Below, piece after piece: positions 58,635 through 64,000 of a stretch of 64,000 bases of DNA. Below the pieces are notes generated by a model. It did not search any database, was not told the origin of the DNA, and saw nothing but the letters and a program-made list of their open reading frames with translations. Origin of the DNA: Candidatus Kaiserbacteria bacterium (GTDB lineage Bacteria > Patescibacteriota > Minisyncoccia > Phycocordibacterales > UBA2100); the NCBI GenBank assembly GCA_016217925.1, contig JACRFK010000003.1:78925-142924 (forward strand), given 5' to 3'. A program made the position numbers and the translations under genes. Within the stretch, counting starts at the first letter, position 1, and each line of letters begins with the position of its first letter.

Positions 58635-59827
58635 CGCGGAGCAAGCACGGCCGCGGTCGACGCGACCGCGGCAAAGAGAAATATCACGATAAAAGCAACG
58701 GGCAGCGAGAACAATAATGCACATATAGACCCGATAGCGCATATGAATATCCTGCCGAGCGTGAGCGCCATTTCTTTGAGCGCGGTGTACTCGTCGACGT
58801 AGGAGCCTGCGTCTGCGGCCTGTTCGAACGTGAGTGGATCAAGTCCGATGCGGCGAGGTGTCGTCGTATAGAAATATGAATCTACTCCGATAACTCCGAG
58901 CGGGGTTCCGACGAGCATGCGAAATACCCACGGCGTGAAAGCGAGGACGACGTTCATAGGCATGGAATTGGGTGCATTCACTTTTCGTAAGCCTCTGCGA
59001 ACAAGCGGCCGTCCGAGTATCGCAATGACGAACGTGAGCGAGAGAATGAGCCCGAGCGTCTCATACGACCATCCGGTAATGGTAAATATCGCAAGAGGCC
59101 AGAAGAGCAAGAGCCCCGCTCCGGATATACCCTCGAGTACTGCACCCACAACAATGCCGCGATTTGCCGGTTCGACTAACTGTCCGAACGTTTCGCGATA
59201 CCCCCACGCGAAGCGCTCCTGGATGTCCCGCAGGTAGAAGATCGGGATCGCCGCAATAAGGATGAGTATCGCCCCCGCAAAAAGAAGCGAGATCGGTCCG
59301 AACGGCATAGCCGTGACGAACACTCCACCGACGAGCGGCGCGAGTGCGATACAAAACTCCGCAAAGCGAGTTCTACGACCGCCGCCGGTCGCCTCTACTT
59401 CGATCTCGTATGGTATCCAGTAGAGTGCGCGATATAATCCGAGCCCGCAGGAAAATACTACGAGCGCGGCGGGAATATACGCGCCACCCCAAAAGCCTTC
59501 GAATGCCGCGCCGAGGACTATGAACGACGAGGCCGCAACGACCGTTGCTACTATGAGCGTGCGGCGTGCGCCGGAGAGAAGCAGGCCCGCCGCGAAGGGC
59601 GTCACGAGGCACGTAACAGTCTGCGAGAGGGCGTACAAGAGAGCGGTGCGCACGAGCCCGTGCGCCACATCCGGTTCAATGAGAAAAAAATATTGAAAAA
59701 CAAATATCCAGGCGTATACATTCACCCCCGCAAATGCGAAACGAAAGAGAATGCGGTGTAATGAGAGCGCTCGTACGCTTTGCATGGGTGATGCGAGCGT
59801 TGGCTCTCGCAAAGAAAAGCTTCGCAT
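58631..59827 (-). CDS. MFS-like membrane protein
   Basis: About 11-12 hydrophobic segments. Confidence 0.65.
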   Translation of the reverse strand: MRSFSLREPTLASPMQSVRALSLHRILFRFAFAGVNVYAWIFVFQYFFLIEPDVAHGLVRTALLYALSQTVTCLVTPFAAGLLLSGARRTLIVATVVAASSFIVLGAAFEGFWGGAYIPAALVVFSCGLGLYRALYWIPYEIEVEATGGGRRTRFAEFCIALAPLVGGVFVTAMPFGPISLLFAGAILILIAAIPIFYLRDIQERFAWGYRETFGQLVEPANRGIVVGAVLEGISGAGLLLFWPLAIFTITGWSYETLGLILSLTFVIAILGRPLVRRGLRKVNAPNSMPMNVVLAFTPWVFRMLVGTPLGVIGVDSYFYTTTPRRIGLDPLTFEQAADAGSYVDEYTALKEMALTLGRIFICAIGSICALLFSLPVAFIVIFLFAAVASTAAVLAPR

Positions 59828-59828
59828 A

Positions 59829-60200
59829 TCAATTGTCGACCCTTTTGGGAAGTGAGTGCATGAGTGGTGTGAAAAGTGGCACGATAGCTACGAGCCCATA
59901 TCCGACCCAGAGACTCCAATCCGCATACAAAACCCATCCCGAGAAAGGGACGGCGTACACGGCATCGAGTACACCCATTGAGAGCGCCCAAAAAAGCGAG
60001 TACGGAAGAACGTCTATCCAAGAATGGAGACGAAGCGAACGACCGGCTATCGTCGTTACAAGTATCAAGATGCTCAGCCTGAAGATGAGCGAAGAAAGTC
60101 CGCCGGCGAGACCGTAGATAACGAGCCCCGACCAAGCAAGCGACATAACGGCATATATAACAATGCCCCATCCGATAAGCGGTATGAAATTTCTTCGCAT
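59829..60200 (-). CDS. hypothetical membrane protein
   Basis: Four TM segments; TATAAT upstream. Confidence 0.55.
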   Translation of the reverse strand: MRRNFIPLIGWGIVIYAVMSLAWSGLVIYGLAGGLSSLIFRLSILILVTTIAGRSLRLHSWIDVLPYSLFWALSMGVLDAVYAVPFSGWVLYADWSLWVGYGLVAIVPLFTPLMHSLPKRVDN

Positions 60201-60215
60201 ACTCAGCATCATTAT

Positions 60216-60250
60216 ACAGCGGCCCCCCGCAAATTGCGGGGGGCCGCTGT
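60216..60250. repeat. 17-bp perfect inverted repeat
   Basis: acagcggccccccgcaa-a-ttgcggggggccgctgt. Confidence 0.8.
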
Positions 60251-60270
60251 GCAAAAGCGAACAGTGAAAA

Positions 60271-60615
60271 CTACCAACTTCTGCCACCTCCATTGCCTCC
60301 CCGTGCGCCACCGTAGCCACCGCGGTCGTTACCGCCGCCGCTACGAAAATCGCGTCGAGGGCGGTCTTCCATTGGGCGCGCCTCATTTACCGTGAGCGAG
60401 CGTCCGCCGAAGTCCTTCCCGTTCCACGTTTCGATCGCCTTCTGTGCCTCCTCGTCGGAAGACATCTCGACGAATCCGAAACCTTTCGAACGGCCGCTCA
60501 TCTTATCCATGATGATGACAGCCGACTCGACGGTTCCGCATTGTGCGAAAGCATCCTTGAGCTCTGTATCGGACGTGCTGTAAGGGAGCCCGCCGACGTA
60601 TAGCTTCTTAGCCAT
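60271..60615 (-). CDS. RRM RNA-binding protein with Gly/Arg tail
   Basis: KLYVGGL (RNP2), KGFGFVEM (RNP1). Confidence 0.95.
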   Translation of the reverse strand: MAKKLYVGGLPYSTSDTELKDAFAQCGTVESAVIIMDKMSGRSKGFGFVEMSSDEEAQKAIETWNGKDFGGRSLTVNEARPMEDRPRRDFRSGGGNDRGGYGGARGGNGGGRSW

Positions 60616-61465
60616 GATTCTTTGTTATGCTTGCCCCGTAGCAAATACCTGAGAAGCAGCGGCCCCAGAGAAACATACTCTGTTTCGTCGCGGCCATGAG
60701 TTTATCGATAACTCTTTCTTTTCGTATTTTGCTACCGGGGTGTTCCTCTAAAATGATGTAAACCAACCTTTCCACTCAAATATACATAAGTTGTGGAAAA
60801 CTTACATTCACGGCAATAATGCGGCACCCCCCGAAATTGTCAAGCATTGCGGGAGGACAATGAAAACAGCACCAGATACGAGAAAGAATGTATCTGGTGC
60901 TGAAATAATACGAGAAATGAACAATAAAGAGCAGTAAAGGGCAAAAGAAAGAAACAATGAGGAAGAAGAACAAAAGAAGAGGAGAGAAATCACGGTGACC
61001 GTCGGTAATCCGAGTATTAAGTTAGCGGCGTGAATACAAGAATGTAGTCACGTTGAACCCGGATGTACCGACAGGATCTGCCGTCGACTCCCTGTAGAGG
61101 GAGGTTGTTCCGGAGCTAAAACTCGGGAACGTGGTTGTAGGTCGCCAAGCAGTGTCGACACAGTTGCCGGCAGCCGTTGAAGCCGTCGAAGTCGAGAGTG
61201 CCTCTCGTTACGTTGGTCGGTATTCCTTCCGACTCAGTCATGATTTTGAAGCATGTGGGGTAGAGGTGTACGCGGCCGCGTTTTACGGTCCATACATCAA
61301 TACTGAATCCGCATGCATCGGGCGGAGAAGAGAGAGTCGCAGACTGGCGCTGCATTGTTGGGCCTCATTTATTTGAGGTTGAGGGGATCTTTGGATTCCG
61401 ATGAACGAACAGTTGTATCTCTAATGTATCACAGTCTTTTCGACGGTCAACCGGCTGTGGATAAG

Positions 61466-61495
61466 TCCCATTAGAGAGCGGAGCCTCTAACGGGA
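61466..61495. repeat. CCCCGTTAGA-family element containing the stop codon of the AMP-binding gene
   Basis: tcccattagag-agcggagc-ctctaacggga. Confidence 0.7.
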
Positions 61496-63715
61496 TACAT
61501 ACGAGGCGAGACCGCCGGGACGGGAATAGGCGTAGACATCCTTGATGCCGAGGTCTTGTGCGAGCAAAAGCACTACTTCAATGAGTTGATTCGAAACAGG
61601 TGCATTTTCGTCTATTACGATATTTTTTGGTTCAGGATATTTGAGAAGCATGTTGTATCCGAGCGAGCTTTTGTCTTCAGGCCGGCCATTCGGAATGAGC
61701 CCGACAAGCTCGGCTCCCCCGCCACCGCCCTTGGGCTTTTGGTGGAATTTGTACACGGGGTCGTTAGGCAGATATTTTTCCACCTCTGCAATACTTGGAA
61801 TGTCCGCGACGGTCGGAATGTCCTTCGCACGGTAATCCGCGCTGCAAATAGAAACACATACGAGCGCTTTGCCGTTTCGGTCTGCAACTTCCGGCGAAAG
61901 CATTTCCGTATATGTCTTCTTTAGAATCTCCGCTGCTGAGAGATTGGTGCGGACGAGTGCGATTTGCCCTGCGAGCGAATCGTCTAGTTTTATCGCGAGC
62001 ACTGTAAGTATCCGGGGAATTTGCTTTTCGTAGGTCGAACGGTCCGCCGTGAGCGGCGCCCAACAGTTGTTGTGAAGCTCAAACGAAGCCGACATCCAAC
62101 GCGAGTCCCGATGCAAGACGCTGAAGCGAAGCTTCGAGGTTTTGAGGAGGCCGTATATTGATTCGAAGCGCTCATACGGCAGCTGACTCTTGAGGACGCT
62201 CCGCTGCACCTTGCCCGTTGAGGTCATCGGGAGCAGGCCGCCTGCGAGCGAGGTGATGTATTTCGGCGTCTCGTATGCGCTTAGGTACGGCGTCCCGAGC
62301 AGGAAGGCGCTTTTCAAGCGGCGTTTTGCACCGTCTTCATCTATTTTCTCCTTCCACGAAATCACGGCACCCGCCTCCTCGCCGTAGCGCTCGTCAGGAA
62401 CGGAAACGACGTGTACCTGGTCGATGTCGGATGAAATTTTCTTCAAGGCATTTTCAACCGCAACGGGCGAAACATTGACCCCTCCTTTGATGATGATTTC
62501 CTTCTTGCGGCCCTTGAGGTAATAAAATTTCCTGCCTTCAATCTCGGTGTAGTAGCCGATATCGCCTGTGAGGAAGTAGCCGTCGCGAAAGGCGGGCTCG
62601 CGGCCGAGGTATCCCTCCATGATGGCCGGACCTTTGACGACGAGTTCGCCCTCCCCCCCTTCTTTCAAAAATTTTCCTTCGTCGTCGGATATCTGCAGGT
62701 CGGCCCACGGCATCGGAGAGCCGATGGAGTTTTCTTCAACAAGTTTCTCGTACAACTCCTCTGAGGTGTCCATGGGGACCCCCGTGACACGCAACGCCGT
62801 TTCCGTTTGTCCGTAGCCTTGGTAGACGGCGATGCCGAATTTTTTTCTGAATTCCTGTACGGTGTGCGTGACGACGGGCGCCGAACCTATCTGAATGCGG
62901 TCTAGTTTTATCTGACTCTTGACTGCCTGAAATTCTTTTTCGCGGCTGACCTGATCAAAAAGGATCGATTGAACGATGGACGTAACGGTCGCACCTGTCT
63001 TTGCCATTTGTTGCCAGAAATTGGAATTGGAATAATTGGGCGGAATGGCGATAGTGCCTCCCGCGAGCAGTGTGGAGAGGCAGAAGGTGGTCGAATTGAT
63101 GTGGTGCAATGGCAAATTCACGAGGAACGTATCCTCCGACGTAATGCGTAACCACTCACGAATGCCGTCGGCGTTTACAAGCAAATTTTCAAGCGAAAGC
63201 ATCGCGCCCTTCGGGTGCCCCGTCGTACCGGAGGTAAAGAGCACGAGCGCCTGATGTGCAAGCCCGTTCTCCCACACAACTGCCGCATCACTCGCAGGGC
63301 CGAATTCCGTATGCACTTTAATGCGCACACCGGGCAGCTTCACCGCCTGAATGCCGCGCTCCAATATGAGCACTTTCGCTTTGTTGAGGTTTATCTTGTA
63401 TTCATAGAGCTCAGGCGTATCCCGCTTGGTGTCCATCGGGACGGTAACAATGCCCGATGCCCACGCGGCCCAGCTCCATATAAGGAGAGCGGGTGAATTG
63501 CGGAACGCCAGAGCGATGCGATCGCCCTTCTGAAGCCCTAAACCTTTCAGCTCCGCAGCCGCCGATTCGAGCAAACGGCTCAATTCCTGGTATGTGAGCC
63601 GTTCGGTGACGCTTCCCTTTTCATCGGTGCCGACAAGCGCCGCTTTTTCCGGATGTTTTTCTGCAAGCGCAACGATGTGCTCATGCAGACTTTTCGGGAG
63701 ACTGACGGTATCCAT
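61487..63715 (-). CDS. adenylate-forming (acyl-CoA ligase-like) enzyme with extra C-terminal domain
   Basis: FTSGTTGHPKG, GYGQTE, TGDIG, GRKKEIIIKGG.NV, TSTGKVQR, plus about 220 extra aa; start moved to ATG 63715. Confidence 0.9.
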   Translation of the reverse strand: MDTVSLPKSLHEHIVALAEKHPEKAALVGTDEKGSVTERLTYQELSRLLESAAAELKGLGLQKGDRIALAFRNSPALLIWSWAAWASGIVTVPMDTKRDTPELYEYKINLNKAKVLILERGIQAVKLPGVRIKVHTEFGPASDAAVVWENGLAHQALVLFTSGTTGHPKGAMLSLENLLVNADGIREWLRITSEDTFLVNLPLHHINSTTFCLSTLLAGGTIAIPPNYSNSNFWQQMAKTGATVTSIVQSILFDQVSREKEFQAVKSQIKLDRIQIGSAPVVTHTVQEFRKKFGIAVYQGYGQTETALRVTGVPMDTSEELYEKLVEENSIGSPMPWADLQISDDEGKFLKEGGEGELVVKGPAIMEGYLGREPAFRDGYFLTGDIGYYTEIEGRKFYYLKGRKKEIIIKGGVNVSPVAVENALKKISSDIDQVHVVSVPDERYGEEAGAVISWKEKIDEDGAKRRLKSAFLLGTPYLSAYETPKYITSLAGGLLPMTSTGKVQRSVLKSQLPYERFESIYGLLKTSKLRFSVLHRDSRWMSASFELHNNCWAPLTADRSTYEKQIPRILTVLAIKLDDSLAGQIALVRTNLSAAEILKKTYTEMLSPEVADRNGKALVCVSICSADYRAKDIPTVADIPSIAEVEKYLPNDPVYKFHQKPKGGGGGAELVGLIPNGRPEDKSSLGYNMLLKYPEPKNIVIDENAPVSNQLIEVVLLLAQDLGIKDVYAYSRPGGLASYVSR

Positions 63716-63718
63716 ATG

Positions 63719-63790
63719 TGGACCAGCGGGGGATCGAACCCCGGACCTCCTCATTGCAAATGAGGCATTCTACCACTGAACTACTGGCCC
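63719..63790 (-). tRNA. tRNA-Ala(TGC)
   Basis: GGGCCAG/CTGGTCC acceptor with G3:U70, CCTCA-TTTGCAA-TGAGG anticodon arm, GTTCGATC T-loop; CCA not encoded. Confidence 0.93.
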
Positions 63791-63806
63791 CTATACTTCA
63801 CTACAG

Positions 63807-63870
63807 ACCAACTGAATCCCGACGTTTCAGTCGGGACCCCGACCGCTTTGCGCGTCGGGGCTACTGGCCC
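63807..63870 (-). pseudogene. tRNA 5'-end fragment interrupted by a 44-bp double hairpin
   Basis: Minus strand GGGCCAGTAG-[ccccgac..gtcgggg tcccgac..gtcggga]-TTCAGTTGGT. Confidence 0.7.
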
Positions 63871-63894
63871 GAACTTCAAAAATCTAACACGCCG

Positions 63895-63999
63895 CTAGCG
63901 CATCGCCAACTTGATGGCATGTTCGAGAAATTCCGGCACGGATGAGCCGACGCTCTCGAGCATCGGTTGGAATGAGGCTCCAGGGTAGAGCCCCGGTAT
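63895..63999 (-). CDS. C-terminus of a D-Ala-D-Ala ligase-like protein (partial)
   Basis: Hand translation IPGLYPGASFQPMLESVGSSVPEFLEHAIKLAMR*. Confidence 0.55.
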   Translation of the reverse strand: MPGLYPGASFQPMLESVGSSVPEFLEHAIKLAMR

Positions 64000-64000
64000 C

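Overview
The window looks like a reduced-genome Patescibacteria/CPR (Parcubacteria-like) chromosome segment. This is inferred from the short AspRS, AlaRS and L13, the CPR-style gene content and the lack of Shine-Dalgarno motifs. Core genes include ribosomal proteins, rpoA, gltX/aspS/trpS/alaS, murG-ftsW-mraY, grpE-dnaK-dnaJ, dnaB, recR, mnmA, mltG, ung and tRNA-Ala(TGC). Accessory metabolism includes a phosphonate pair (PEP mutase and phosphonopyruvate decarboxylase) beside an ATP-grasp-like ligase, plus three polyamine enzymes. The strongest unexplained signal is a set of short palindromic micro-elements with compensatory stem changes. (i) A 30-bp double hairpin is inserted in-frame six times in essential genes (dnaJ x2, dnaK, rplQ, alaS x2). 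(ii) A 26-bp EALAK hairpin sits in ung and yqeY. (iii) A GGGACCCC double hairpin occurs in the MGMT-like gene and in a broken tRNA 5' copy. (iv) An ATCCCGCCCTTTC-ended element encodes a mini-ORF whose stop overlaps the ATG of ftsW and dnaJ. (v) A CCCCGTTAGA-ended element abuts promoter boxes. (vi) Several elements have 7-nt-period inverted arms. No transposase was recognised in the window. Two further signals are a two-gene cassette bracketed by a duplicated ung 3' end and a pervasive leaderless-type layout with a -10 box just before the ATG. All calls were made by eye; no database search was run.
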